From Eledone cirrhosa (taxonomy: Eukaryota), in the NCBI GenBank assembly GCA_964016885.1, contig OZ024741.1, positions 96,286,001-96,350,000 of the forward strand: a DNA stretch of 64,000 nucleotides, read 5' to 3'. The notes beneath the pieces were generated by a model. That model was not told where the DNA came from, made no database searches, and saw only the letters and a list, made by a program, of their open reading frames with translations. Positions 26,737 through 41,632 of the stretch are shown here, in pieces. Position 1 is the first letter of the stretch, and the number at the start of each line of letters is the position of its first letter. The position numbers were made by a program, and so were the translations under genes.

Positions 26737-29700
26737 TCGTTTCTGAATTTGTTTAGCAAGATTCTTTATCTGAAAACGTGTGTATTAACCGATATTGTTA
26801 TACTTTTGGAGGGTCATGTTGCCAATAAAACACACGCACCAGTTGCTTTCACTCCAATTTATTATAAATTAAAAACAATTATAAATTTCCGGTTGGTTGG
26901 TTGGTTCCACAACCGGACGGTTGTTCATATATTGTCAACGTTCTTTCGTCACACATTCTGTGACCTCTTCAGTGACTGTGCATTCTTTTCTTGGTTTTGT
27001 GCCTCTCCTTTCTTCTTTCCTACGCCATCTTGTTTTTGTGTGTGTTGTGTGCTTAGTTTGCGCATGTGTTACATTCGGGTGTCTGTGTGTGTTTTTATTT
27101 GTTTAATTATTTGTTTATTTACATGTTACCGGTTGGTTGTTTGTTCTATGTGTGTGTGTCTTCATTTTTCCTTAATTGTAAGTTGTGATGTTGCTATTTC
27201 ATTCATGTTTTCTATTTAATACTTGTTGGAGTTCATTTATGTTTATTGCCCCTGTGATTTGTCTAAACCTTGTGTCTTTTCTGTGTGTAGATTTTATTTT
27301 TATTTCTATGTTCTCTAATTTGCCCTTATGTTCTATTTTAGCATGTTGGTGGAGTACTGATGACTCTTTTCTATCTTGTAGCGCTCGTCAGTGTTCATTT
27401 AATCGTTCTCCTATACTACGAGCTGTCTCACCTATGTACACTATATTCTTATCTTTACATTGTCCTTCAGTACATCTTATGCTATATACTATGTTTCTAG
27501 TTTTACAGTTAATATGGGGGCTTAGTTTACAGATTATGCATTTCTTATCTATACAGGGAGGTCTTTGAAAAGGGTATGCATTACTAATAAGTGTTTTTAT
27601 AGAAGTACCTGGTCTTTCTACTATCTTAATATTTAGTTTAATTTTATCTAGGGCCCTTCTAAATTTGTAAGCTAATTCACCTCTAGGGGATGTATTTATG
27701 AACATTACACTCAGGTATTTATTGCTATCATACCATGAGTTTATTCTGTTAACCTTGTTCCTAGTTCTTTCTATTCTATTCGAAAATTTGCTCCTATACA
27801 AGGGGTAGGTCCCATTTGTATCATTATTTACCATTTTTTCCCATTTGGTTCTGGCTCCTCTATATACTCAGATTTCATCTCTCTGATTGTAACCAGAGAT
27901 CTGCATACGGTGGATGAAGTGTTGTATGTGTCTCTCTAGTTCTTTGGAGTTGCACATGCGGGACACGTTTTTCACCACCCGTACCAAATCCGCAATCAGT
28001 ATGTTGATTTTGGTGTGATCCGAAACAACTGAGTCTCGGTGGATCAGATGTTTGGAATTCATGGGTTTGGCATAATGGGAATGGAGGATTTGTTTTTTGT
28101 TATTAATGGTTTCTAACCAGAGCTCTGTCTCTAGTACAGGTAATCGATGGTTGGGTGTTTGCTTGGGTAGTCTATAGTAACTTTGATACTCTGGTGGATG
28201 GAGTTAGCTATTTGCTGGATGCTTTCCATGGTGTTTTCTCTAATTCCTGACTCTTCTCTTGTGGGGGTGGGGGGTGTTTTTACTACGATGTTTATATCAT
28301 CAACGTAGCGGGAGTACATAATCAGGGTTAAGAGGTTGCTGTCTTCTAATTGTTCTTTAAGTTTATTGTCCCACCATACCATGAATAGTTTAGGTATGTC
28401 ACCGGCAATGCTAACACCAATGGATGCTCCCGCCTCTTGGGCATATGTTTTTCCATTAAATTTGAACATATGTAAGGGTTAATTTTATACTGGCCCACAC
28501 CGCATGTGCATGCAATCATTTTCTTTAGTTCATGGTTTTCGGGGGTCCGTATGGCTCTGGTCCACCCCTTCCATCTTTCTGTGTGGGTTTTCTTGGCTAT
28601 TGAGGTAATGGTAGGTGGTCTGCCTCTTGCTGGCCTTGTGGGGCAGAGGTTGCTAAGGCCATACGTATCTAGATAATCATTACTATAAGTAAGTTTAAGT
28701 AGGAGTCCCAGCTCACTTTTCTCTATCCCACGGAATTCAACATTGCTCTTACTGATCATTTCTACGCATTTCTCCACAGCAAAATCCACGTCAATGGATG
28801 GGTATAGGGACACAATATCCATACTACCTATTATACAGTCTGTTATATCCCTAGATCGGTTATTTTCGCTGATTCTGCTAAGGAGGCCCTCCGTGCTGTC
28901 ACATATATCCGGGGACATTTCAATGATGGGGCGTACGGTAAGGGAGAGGAAGTAGGACAGTCTGTAGTTACTAGCAATGTTAGCTCCACAGACTGGCCGT
29001 GTTGGTGGTCCTGTGACTGGGTCACTGATCGTCTTATGATCTTTTCGTAGCCCATACAACGCTGGCACGTCATTGTTCCAGGCCTGGAAGTTGTTGGCAG
29101 TCCGTTTATTGGGCTGCATTATGTTTGTCCACATCATCATATGAGCGTTGAGGGTTTTCTCCCTATCCTCATGCTCTTGTGGTGTTACTTCTCTTGTGTT
29201 AGTGATGTGGGGTTGCATTGCCTGGATGTAGTTTGACAGACTGTCTGTTGGAAAGCATGCAATCTCTCCATTACGTAAGCGCTGCATGATCTTACGCAAG
29301 CCATTTGCAGATTTTTCTCCCAGTTGCTGGGCCTCCATTCTATTTTGCTTCTAGCTATACTGTTCTATAATATTTCTAAGTTTAGATCGTAGTATAGGAG
29401 AACGATTAAATGAACACTGGCGAGAGCTTCAAGATAGAAAAGTGTCATCAGTACTCCACCAACATGCTAAAATAGGACATATGGCAAATTAGAGAACATA
29501 GAAATAAAAATAAAATCTACACACAGAAAAGACGCAATCACAGAGACAATAAACATAAATGAACTCCAACCAAAATTAAATAGAAAACATGAATGAAATA
29601 GCAACATCACAAGTTACAACTAATGACAAAATGAAAACACACACAGACACATGTAACACATGCGCAAACTAAGCACACAACACACACAAAAACAAGATGG

Positions 29701-29914
29701 CGTAGGAAAGAACAAAGGAGAGGCACAAAACAAAGAAAAGAATCCCCAGTCACTGAAGAGGTCACATAATGTGTGACGAAAGAAATTTGACAACATATGA
29801 ACAACCAACCGGAAATACATAAATTTTTTAAATTTATAATTTAATTTATAATAACTTGGAGTGAAAGCACTGGTGCGTGTGTTTCTTATTGGCAACATGA
29901 CACTCCCAAAGTAT

Positions 29915-29919
<5 letters not shown>
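26737..29919 (-). mobile_element. 5'-truncated PLE family B (RT, Cys-rich linker, GIY-YIG) with an inverted pLTR copy at its 5' side
   Basis: Disrupted ORF about 27185-29338: GSMDIVSLYPSID, QEAGASIG, YSRYVDD, PCIDKKCIIC, IVYSIRC..VYIGETARSIGERLNEH. 29387-29919 (+) is the reverse complement of about 26794-27420. Confidence 0.92.
29749..29791 (+). ncRNA. Minimal hammerhead motif in the PLE family B pLTR (also 26934-26976 -, 46972-47014 -, 47589-47631 +)
   Basis: GTCA-CTGAAGA-G-GTCACA(TAATG)TGTGAC-GAAAG-AAATT-TGAC. Confidence 0.75.
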
Positions 29920-29964
<45 letters not shown>

Positions 29965-29973
29965 ACACACACA

Positions 29974-30017
<44 letters not shown>

Positions 30018-30679
30018 CATATGTTTGTGTGTGTGTATGTGTGTGTGTGTTCGTGTGTTTTATTTTATGGTATATTTGATAGCCGTTCTTCCTGCTTCTG
30101 TAATTCACGTAAACAATTTTTTTATAGTACTGGACACTTGTTGTGCATTCTCGTCGTTGAAGCTTCTTGCTTAGATGAAGGAAAATTATATTCCCTATAT
30201 GTGTGCGTCTACATATTATATAGCTCCTGGCAAGTATTTAAATTTCCCACCATATATTCACCAGTAAAACAAACTGGGAATGTTTTTCTTTACTTTCCGG
30301 AGACAGTTATTATTTTTCGTTGATATATAAAGCATCCATTTCGTCCCTTCTTTCATTCATAGTTGATTTATATACCCAAAACACATAATATGAACAACTG
30401 CACCATTTTGTGGTGCTTTAGTTAAGCAGCGGGTGGTGAGGACCATTGAAATATCTATCATTTTTTGCAAGGTAACTCGTGGTAAATATTCCATATATTC
30501 TTCATGTGATATATTTAGATTTCAGGTCTTTTACAGGTTTTTTAATTCACATAGATCCGAATTCTTAGCGCCCAGTACTTATAATTTGTTCTGTACAGTC
30601 TAACTATATATGTTGCTTAAACAAACTAAAATGATATATATGTAAATAGAGAAAATTATACCGCATTATGTAAATAGAA

Positions 30680-31040
30680 GGGCGGTGGATTGGCAGTATC
30701 GGTAGAGGGTCGGACGCCATACTTTCCAGCATAGTTACGTCCCTTTACGATCTGAGTTCAAATGCCGCCGAGGTTGACTTTGCTTTCATCCTTACGGGGT
30801 CGATAAAATAAAGTACCAGTAATACATTGTGCCTAAAGTCGAAACAATTATGTAAATAGAGAAAGCTATATCTTAACGCTTTTTTGATCTTTAGTTTAAT
30901 CTTTTACCACCGAGGATAGCTTTGCCTTTCATTCTTCGGGATCGATAACATAAAGTATCAGTAACGCACTGAGGTAGATTTAATTGACTTTAACCTTCCT
31001 TCAAACTGCTGGGATTGTGCAAAAAGTAGAAGGAATTATC
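30680..31040 (+). mobile_element. tRNA-derived SINE plus an adjacent partial copy
   Basis: A-box-like TGGCAGTATCGG and B-box-like GAGTTCAAATG, then CTTTCATCCTTACGGGGTCGATAAAATAAAGTACCAGT. Resembles octopus SINEs from memory. Other remnants at about 20640-20750, 36660-36743 (-) and 45490-45590. Confidence 0.75.
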
Positions 31041-31354
31041 AAGGATTTTGAATATTTGCTTATCACATCTTTATGTTTGGTTTGGAACAATAATATACTT
31101 AAATCTAATAATCTATCAATATTTCAACTCCTTCATAGCCACATACTTTTAAAAATCTGTTTTCTTCATATGTTTTGCAATACATAGGTCACAAAGGACC
31201 ATAGAAAATTATTCAATGATTATATCCTAGTAGATTTCACTATTAAATTTCACATGAGCTTTATGCTGTGTATGTTTTGTCTGCTTTGTTGTTTTTGCTA
31301 TTAGTAAAGCATCGATAGATATTTGTGCTCGATGTAACAGCTTATGCCCCCCCC

Positions 31355-31447
<93 letters not shown>

Positions 31448-32215
31448 TGTTGTTTTCTCTTGAGTCATCCCTATTTTGAAGGTAAAGCATTCATTTGCTT
31501 ATTCTAACAGCTAGAATCCATGGGGTTTTCCACTCCTGCATACTCGTAGATTTGTCTACTAACTGGAGCAGTTGAGCCAACTTATTGTCGAATTAATAGT
31601 CGATCATCTGCGAAACCACTGATGAACACGACTGGCGTTCATCTAATTAAACTGATGATCGTCGCATGAGGTACTGATTTCTCTTAGAAAAGCAAGATTT
31701 TTTGGCCAGGCTTACTCCTCTTGATCCAACCTGTTCTGCTAGACTATCTTATGTTAGCCATATGAGAGGGACCTCATGTAGGATGTGGTTTTTCACGACG
31801 CATGTCGGTCTTGGAACTGAGAAACTCTAGCTGCTCAGCTCGCATGAGGGTATATTTCGCGTCATCAGTTCGCTGAGTGTCATGTTGAACAGACACTGGG
31901 ACACCAGGTATGCTACAAAACACCATCCAGTGTCAACCAGTGAAATATAATACAGCTCTGTACACTTTTAAATTAACACATACATATTTACAAACACACG
32001 CAATATATACATATGTACACACTACTGGATAGCCGTTTATGAGGTATTGTTTTTCATCCTGCAGGGTATCCCCAAATCCCTCTTTTTACCAAGCAAACCT
32101 AGTGGGATTGCCGGTTTAATCGCTGACGTCCCGATCATGTGATAGGTTGTACTGAGCTGGCTGCATGTTACTAGCAGCAAACACAAGTGAACATATATAT
32201 ATAAATATAATACAC

Positions 32216-32248
<33 letters not shown>

Positions 32249-32251
<3 letters not shown>

Positions 32252-32357
32252 CCAGTAAGACCCCGACGGCTGAGCTCAAGCCGTTTCGACGGCTAATTCT
32301 AGTTCAGAATTAGCCGTCGAAACGGCTTGAGCTTAGCCGTCGGGGTCTTACTGGTTC
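32249..32357. repeat. Near-perfect 109-bp GC-rich palindrome
   Basis: GAACCAGTAAGACCCCGACGG...CCGTCGGGGTCTTACTGGTTC, 5-nt loop, one mismatch. Confidence 0.95.
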
Positions 32358-32458
32358 CTATTACCCACTCTACTACCCCAAGTATTGAGTACTTTGGTGC
32401 GTTATGGTCCACCTGGTTCCTTACCACATTTCCTTCGTTATATATATAAATATATATA

Positions 32459-32937
<479 letters not shown>

Positions 32938-32985
32938 CCAATTCCAACCCGCCCGGCCCCTCAATCTTTCTTATTTCTCATTCTT

Positions 32986-33021
32986 TCTTCTGATGAAGGA
33001 CTAGCGTCCGAAACGTTAAGA
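32986..33021 (+). ncRNA. Minimal type I hammerhead ribozyme
   Basis: TCTT-CTGATGA-A-GGAC(TAGC)GTCC-GAAACGTT-AAGA, with palindromic AACGTT stem III. Confidence 0.8.
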
Positions 33022-33864
33022 CCCTCTTCCTGCTATATCAAGCGTTAACCTAATATATACCTTCTATATACTGTACCGATTGTGTTGTTATTTCTGTTTA
33101 CCTTTTACATACATACATACTATATATTCAGTTATACACCTACTTATGGTAGAGCCGATAACATTGACAGAACTCAATAAAATCTTGAAGAAGAGACGAC
33201 TCCAATAAGATAATTTAGTGAAAGCTGTAACTTTTTTTAGTAGGGTTTCATCGCATAAAGGTTCCATCGAAATTTCTCCTCGAACTACAGAGTCAGTTAT
33301 ATATGTGTGTGTGTTGAATAATTAAAATAAAATTCAAAGATAGGTTCTTAAATATTTGATTCTTTTACGATCATTTCAGAGGACCATTGATCATAGTAAA
33401 TCGATATATTAACAAATAGGTAGTGGTTATGTCACCACCTATAGCTAGAATCTATATCCTAGATTCATCTGTGTATAACACACACACACGCGCACACACT
33501 CACTCACACACACTTATATATATATATATATGTCGTTCTAAAGTGTTAACCACTCTCCCTGTTCATATAGGGTGTAAGCTATCAGAAGTTAGGTAAATAT
33601 TTCGGTAAATATTTCAGTATATGCATGAGAGAAAGAGAACAAAAAGCGTTATAATGTGATAGATGGGCACACACAGATACACACACAGAAACACACACAT
33701 ATACAGCCACTGACACCCACACGTAACTGTATATTTATCTATCTGTGTCTCTCAACATATATAGAGATGTATATATGTATCTATCTTTCAATATATTTAT
33801 CCAACTATACACCCATATATATATCTATATACTACATACACACTCACACACACATATATATGTG

Positions 33865-33961
<97 letters not shown>

Positions 33962-33985
33962 CATACACACACATATATATATATA

Positions 33986-34050
<65 letters not shown>

Positions 34051-34699
34051 TTGTTAAATCGAAAAACAGATGGAGATTGAATTCAATCAAATAAGACACA
34101 TATCCATTACATATAAATCTTGTTTTAGATTATATTATCCTTCCGCTGTTAGTGGAAGTAAAGTGTATATGCCTGTATGAATATTTGTAAAGTATAGGTT
34201 GTTATATATACACCCGCGTGCACAAACACACACACTTGCCCGCACATGCACACACACATATATGTAGACCCACAGACACAGACGCACCCACTCACACACA
34301 TATATGTAGACCCACAGACACAGACGCACCCACTCACACACATATATATATCTAAATGACATGGAAACTAATTGTTTGTGCGTGATGTACGAGAATAGAT
34401 ACCCTATACATATAAATGCCTCTATAAAGGGAAATTACTCCCATCATAAGGGATGTACACACTGAAAAAGTATGCGTATATGTATACCTATATGTCTGAA
34501 CACATACACTTGCGTATACATATTATGTTACACACTGCCATCCATACATTTGAAAGGAAATATTTACATAGGATTGAGAGAGAGAGAAATACGGAAGAGG
34601 TAAAGTAAGGAACTTAAACAAAAAATCAGATAATAAGAAAGGAAAGAAGTTTTACAGAAGAGGTAATGCATCCATAATTATTTATATATACAGCATAGT

Positions 34700-35583
34700 A
34701 TTAGCAGTGTCGTTAGAATGATGGATAGAATGCTTCGTGCTCGGTTGGTCTCGCTTGGGCATCCAGCCGGATTAATTGAGACGGTTGCTTCCGATGGGTC
34801 TCTCAAAAAGACATGCTTGATTCTCACAGGAATAAATGGGCGAAGAATTGTCTCCCATAACTTCAAGGTCGATAGATAAAGTACTCTTCCGGTACCGGGG
34901 TAAATTCTTCCGCTCTGTCATCCCTCTTCTTTGGAGGAAGTCGCTTCCGTTCAGACATGAAGTGATATAACTTCTGCCGATAGATAGTATTAGCAATTGG
35001 AAAGACCAACGGAAACATTGTTCCCTCCATGGTCGGGTCGTTGGCGACTAAACTGGCAATCCCACCAAGGTTTCTTGGTGAGGAGGGTGACTTTGGACAT
35101 CTTGCAGGACTAAAATAAAACCTGTCAAAGGGCAAAAGAGCTCTTAAGAGTCAATGGCCATCCAAAATCACCGGGAGAGATGACCCCTTAGCCTTTGTCA
35201 AGGCAGAATTCTAGGACAAGGAAAACTCTGATATAACACCTGCAACCCTGTTGGTATCCAATGATGTTGACTTGTTCTTCTTTTTGGTAAATATCATCTT
35301 GGTTAAGAGAGTGGGACTGGCTTTGTGCAGTGCCTTTGCTCACTATAAAAGCTTCACAGCACAGGCATTGCTTTATATCTGGAGATCTCTCTGCACTTGT
35401 CGTCACATGGTACCATGGGCCCAGCACTATCTGTCAATAATTGTCACAAGTGTAGTCTTTGTACCAGAGTTTTCAAGTCGCTGGCTGGACTAAAAAGTCA
35501 CACTCATTCAGCGCATCAGTAGGGGTTCTCCTAAATGGATATAAAGTAGTGGCCGTACTCGAGAACGAGTTGGCAGCCACCAT
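34700..35583 (-). mobile_element. Highly degenerate LINE-like coding remnant
   Basis: GC-richer block. LLPFDRFYFSPARCPK loosely resembles the L1/Tx1 ORF2 C-terminus. No intact motif. Confidence 0.3.
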
Positions 35584-35803
35584 GTATGTAAGTATGTATA
35601 TATATATATATATATGTGTATGTATGTATGTATGTATGTATGTATGTATGTATTGATGTATGCATGCCAAGTAACCATGAATAAAAATATCAACATTCTG
35701 TATGTAAAATATGTGTTCATACGTACATACATACTTACACGTATGTATGTACACAGACACACCCATGTATATATACACACACGTATATATATACATACAT
35801 ACA

Positions 35804-35884
<81 letters not shown>

Positions 35885-35944
35885 ATACATACATACAGAC
35901 ACACAGACACACACAAATATATATATATATTGGGGATATATGTG

Positions 35945-36068
<124 letters not shown>

Positions 36069-36619
36069 TATATATAGGAAACCATGTTTTCCTACATTAA
36101 TCCCTATAAGTATGCTCGTATGCATCTGAAGAAGATTGAACCCTTTCTATATTAATCATATGTCATTAATATGCGATTTGCATGGTGAGAAGACGCGCAA
36201 TATTTAAAACTCCTGATGTCTTAATCGAATCTGAAACATTTATCGCTGACATTCCACCAATTGGTAACTTCATCATTTTCCCTATGATTCTGTTTCCAAA
36301 TAGATATATGACTTTTAGGAGACACAATACCTCGCTACACAGTCTTATATGTCATCATATGTGATAGCTTCTTAGATAAGCTTGTTAGGTGTTTATGTCT
36401 CTCACAACAGAAATATATATTTACCATGGATACTATGGGGAAAGTCCGTACGTAACGTTTTATGAGATGTCAGGTTGAAATGAATTATCTCTTTGTCTGT
36501 CGTTAAAACTATCTAAATCGCTATGGTGTACTTGCTTCATATAACAAAACATTATAGTAACTTCGACTGCCATATATATATATATATATATATATACATA
36601 CATACCCCCGCCATATACA

Positions 36620-36656
<37 letters not shown>

Positions 36657-36891
36657 GTTTCTACTTTAGTCACAAGGCCAGCAATTACTCAGTACATTAC
36701 TGGTACTTTATTTTATCGACCCCGTAAGGATGAAAGGCAAAGTTATATATATATATATAATACATACGCATATATAATATTTACGCATATACAGATATTG
36801 CCACACATATAATGCACATACATAAAAATGTTCCATGCATAAAATATACGGATATAGACAGTATAAAATATACATGCATATAGAAAATTAT

Positions 36892-37033
<142 letters not shown>

Positions 37034-37721
37034 GTATATATATCTCTGTGTGTATGGTTATGTATAAAACGTTGTGTGCTGTAAGGCCTGTTTATTCGAA
37101 TCCTCTAAGAATTGTAAATACACAGAAATTAAACTGCTTTGAATCATGTATCTTATTAATATAAATATAAATATCATTGAAGCACTCAGTGATTCGACCG
37201 AATCAACTTTTATCGATCTTTTAATACCACAAAGCAGATTCTTGAAAGTCTACCTATTAACTTTAGACTACGTATGAAGAAGTAACATTTTTAGAATTAT
37301 TGATAAGCATGATGCAAATTCTTACTATTAAAAAAAAAAAATCCGTTAAATTTTTCAACATTAGTACTTCTATAAACTAGGAAAGACGAAAATGCTGTCA
37401 GGTAAAATAATCATTCTCAATTTATCTTTTATCGATATAGTTTTGTTGCAAGGATACAAAAACAACGGCAATAAACACTTTATCACTATTATTGTAGAAA
37501 CACAAAGATAAAATAAGAGTAATGATGTAAGAGCTTTTGAAAATCTTGTCTATATGTCTAGTATCGATATTCTCATGATAAACTACAAACACTAAATTGA
37601 AGGGCTTTATATATTAGTGAACTTTATGAGTAATGATGAAGGTAACAAACAAAACAAAAACATGTAATTTAAAATGTCGAAGATATTGTTGCATTGTTCG
37701 AAAATATGTGCTCTCACGTTG

Positions 37722-37752
<31 letters not shown>

Positions 37753-37950
37753 CTTCTTCCCCTCCTCCCCCTTCTCATCCTCCTCCTCCATCTTTATCTT
37801 CTTCTTCTTATTATTATTACTAGTAGCAGTAATATTAGTCATACCTGTAAATGCATTTGTTCTTGGTTAAGACTGGGCAATCCTCTTGTTGTTGAATTTG
37901 CTGTTGTTGTAGATGTTGTTATTGTTGTTGTTGTTATTGTTGTTTCTTCT

Positions 37951-37982
<32 letters not shown>

Positions 37983-38509
37983 TTCTTCTTCTTCTTCTTC
38001 TTCTTTATAATCCATATATTATATACTGAACTTTCCATGTCTTTGTCTTTGTTCTTCGAAGATATTTATAAATAATAAGCATAGTGAGCTTAGTCAGATC
38101 CAATACACAAGTACCCGTCTCCCTATTTCTCCTTCAAATCCATGCCCTCCAGCATGCAAGGTCATAGCAATTGATAGATCTAGTATGGCCACTTCTGACA
38201 AGCACACACGTCACATCAATACTATTACTGAATGTTAGGGTTCTATTATAACATGGGAACAGTAGTAAACTTCCCTATACTTGCAACATGCAATCAAATA
38301 ATATACATGGCAATACACATACGAAATTACGTCATATTTCGAAATAATAGGAAAGAAATGAAAGATGTATGGAAATACAGCATCCATCCCCACAGGCGAT
38401 CTTTGACAATTTCCAAGCCCCATCAAGTGAAATGACAAGATACTTTAATAGCTTGAGATTCAAGGGGCCACAATTCTTCAATATCTTGCATAAATAAACT
38501 TCAGAGATT

Positions 38510-38842
38510 TCATCATCATCATCATCCGGCGGCCTCAGCCGGAATGGACTCAACAGTTGATCTCCACGTGGGTCTGTGGTTCATTGCCGTTGCCAAGACC
38601 TGGATTTCAATAGCAGAATCTCTGGAAATGACATCGGGGTAGGACAGCTTGCACCCCCTGTTATTTGTGACTGCTTGTGGTTTCCAAAGCACTAATGGGG
38701 ACACAGCTTTGAAGGTGGCACGATGGCAGTGACCATCAAATCTTACTCTCCTTTTACGTACAACGACATATATGCGTGGGTGGCCGGCATATATCTCTCT
38801 CAAACGCAGACGTCGCCAGCTTATGTTCTGAATGCGTTGAGA
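38510..38842 (-). mobile_element. RTE-clade LINE 3' fragment with (GAT)n tail
   Basis: RIQNISWR..REIYAGHP..RKRRVRFDGHCHR..LVLWKP..LSYPDVISRD..WRSTV. Confidence 0.8.
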
Positions 38843-39366
38843 GATTTAAATGGAGTGGGTGCAAATGATTTCCAGAAATAGTTCGTTATTTTGCTATCTG
38901 AGATTTCAGTTGAACCTACACCATGGCAAGAAAACAAATGGAGGTTGCGGTTATTCTCTGATGAGGAGACAAGAATAATCTCACATGTTTTTCTGTGTAC
39001 GGAGGAATAAGTGAAGTAGTGTACAATCATCAATTCATTTTTTACACAGTTGTATGCATAATGCATACCTTAAATCTGGATATATATGTACACATATTTG
39101 TACTGCCTAAGTGGTAATACAATACCAATTTACTAATATATATATTCTCCTAGTCTTGATAGCTTAATTTACGGTCTGTATGAAAACTCTTTGTTTAATT
39201 CATATCACTCATTTAGTGAACAGCCGAGAAATAGTGAATATATTTCCTATAACCTCGTATATATAGCAACCCCAATGTCAGGCTAAAATTTGTTTCGTCA
39301 AAAAAACGGCGACAGCTTCTATTTCTAATTTCAAACTCACTCGCTGTTTCAAAACAAACTTCCTTG

Positions 39367-39421
<55 letters not shown>

Positions 39422-39464
39422 CATATACATATATATATATATATATATACATATATACATATAT

Positions 39465-39550
<86 letters not shown>

Positions 39551-39584
39551 ATATATAGATATATAGATATATATATATATATAT

Positions 39585-39626
<42 letters not shown>

Positions 39627-39631
<5 letters not shown>

Positions 39632-40155
39632 AAATTGAGGTTGGTAATGGCACATGGAATATATAAGAGACAGAATACTTTTTTGTGAAAAAACATATAA
39701 TTTTATAAGGTAAGGAAATAATAAAGGGTATAAAAAATGACCGGTTTCGATGGGTCTGCAAAAGCCATCTTTTCAAATGTTGATTAATATTAAGAAAAAT
39801 TAATAATAAGAAGAGTTAAAATTTGAGATTTGAAAATTCAAGTATAGAATTCATTGTGGGATTTCATAGTAGTTTTCATCTTGGTAGCAGCTCGTTACCA
39901 AGATGAAAACTACTATGAAATCCCACAATGAATTCTATACTTGAATTTTCAAATCTCAAATTTTAACTCTTCTTATTATTAATTTTTCTTAATATTAATC
40001 AACATTTGAAAAGATGGCTTTTGCAGACCCATCGAAACCGGTCATTTTTTATACCCTTTATTATTTCCTTACCTTATAAAATTATATGTTTTTTCACAAA
40101 AAAGTATTCTGTCTCTTATATATTCCATGTGCCATTACCAACCTCAATTTTCTCT
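39627..40155. repeat. Near-perfect palindrome of about 530 bp between (TA)n tracts, each arm with a variant HHR
   Basis: Centre GGTAGCAGCTCGTTACC at about 39890. HHR at 40002-40047: ACAT-TTGAAAA-GATGG..CCATC-GAAACCGGTC-AT. Confidence 0.9.
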
Positions 40156-40223
40156 ATAACCTTCGTTTTGTGTAGTAAATTACACTTTTCATATATATAT
40201 ATATATATATATACATACGTATA

Positions 40224-40255
<32 letters not shown>

Positions 40256-40256
40256 C

Positions 40257-40411
<155 letters not shown>

Positions 40412-40418
40412 AATATAC

Positions 40419-40639
<221 letters not shown>

Positions 40640-40691
40640 CATATATATGTATATATATATACATATATATGTATATATGTACATATATATG

Positions 40692-40734
<43 letters not shown>

Positions 40735-40738
<4 letters not shown>

Positions 40739-41566
40739 AAGTATGTATGTATACGTACATACATATATGTATACAGACGTACAGTAGTATGTATATATAT
40801 ACATACATGCACACATATATATATGCACGTATCGGTTTACCGAACATTTATTATAATGCTCGATTTGCTTGTTTGTAAACAAACAAACAGCCCGAATTAC
40901 GCCGTACAGTGTTTAGGCAACCACGTCACCTTTTTGTTCAACACTGACACAGGAACGATATATATATGCGCATATATATATGTGTGCATGTATGTATATA
41001 TATACATACTACTGTACGTCTGTATACACATATGTATGTACGTATACATACATAATACTTACATTTAAGTAAGTGCCGTACTAAGAGTGAGAAATTTCAT
41101 TTCATTTCATTCTATTCCGTTTATCGTTTTCGGTGTGCCCAGCCGACTGATATCACTCGATATGCAAATTAGGCTGCTCAGCCGTTAATATACATAAGGA
41201 AAGTATATACTTTAAGACGTTCAACCATCTGGCAGGAAGGTATACGATGCTGACGATAGCTAATAAGCTTGAAACTAGTACATCGTTCCTGTGTCAGTGT
41301 TGAACAAAAAGGTGACGTGGTTGCCTAAACACTGTACGGCGTAATTAGGGCTGTTTGTTTGTTTACAAACAAACAAACCGAGCATTATAATAAATGTTCG
41401 GTAAACCGATACGTGCATATATATATATATATGTGTGCATGTATATATATACATACTACTGTACGTCTGTATACATATATGTATGTACGTATACATACAT
41501 ACATACTTACATTTAAGTAAGCGCCTTACTAAGAGTGAGAAATGAAATTTCGTTTCATTCTATTCA

Positions 41567-41568
<2 letters not shown>
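40735..41568 (+). mobile_element. Non-coding terminally redundant HHR element (about 447-bp unit) with an inverted 5' arm
   Basis: ACTGTACGTCTGTATAC at 41011 and 41458. 40735-40959 is the reverse complement of 41282-41510. Confidence 0.75.
41244..41286 (+). ncRNA. Minimal type I hammerhead ribozyme
   Basis: ACGATG-CTGACGA-TAGC(TAATAA)GCTT-GAAAC-TA-GTA-CATCGT: 6-bp stem I and palindromic ACTAGT stem III. Confidence 0.85.
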
Positions 41569-41609
<41 letters not shown>

Positions 41610-41632
41610 TTGGTGCTCTGAAATAGCTATAT

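Noticed and set aside
31480-31950. Minus-strand FADD-like string
   Set aside because: A single motif amid stops; probably an old LINE but it cannot be supported further.
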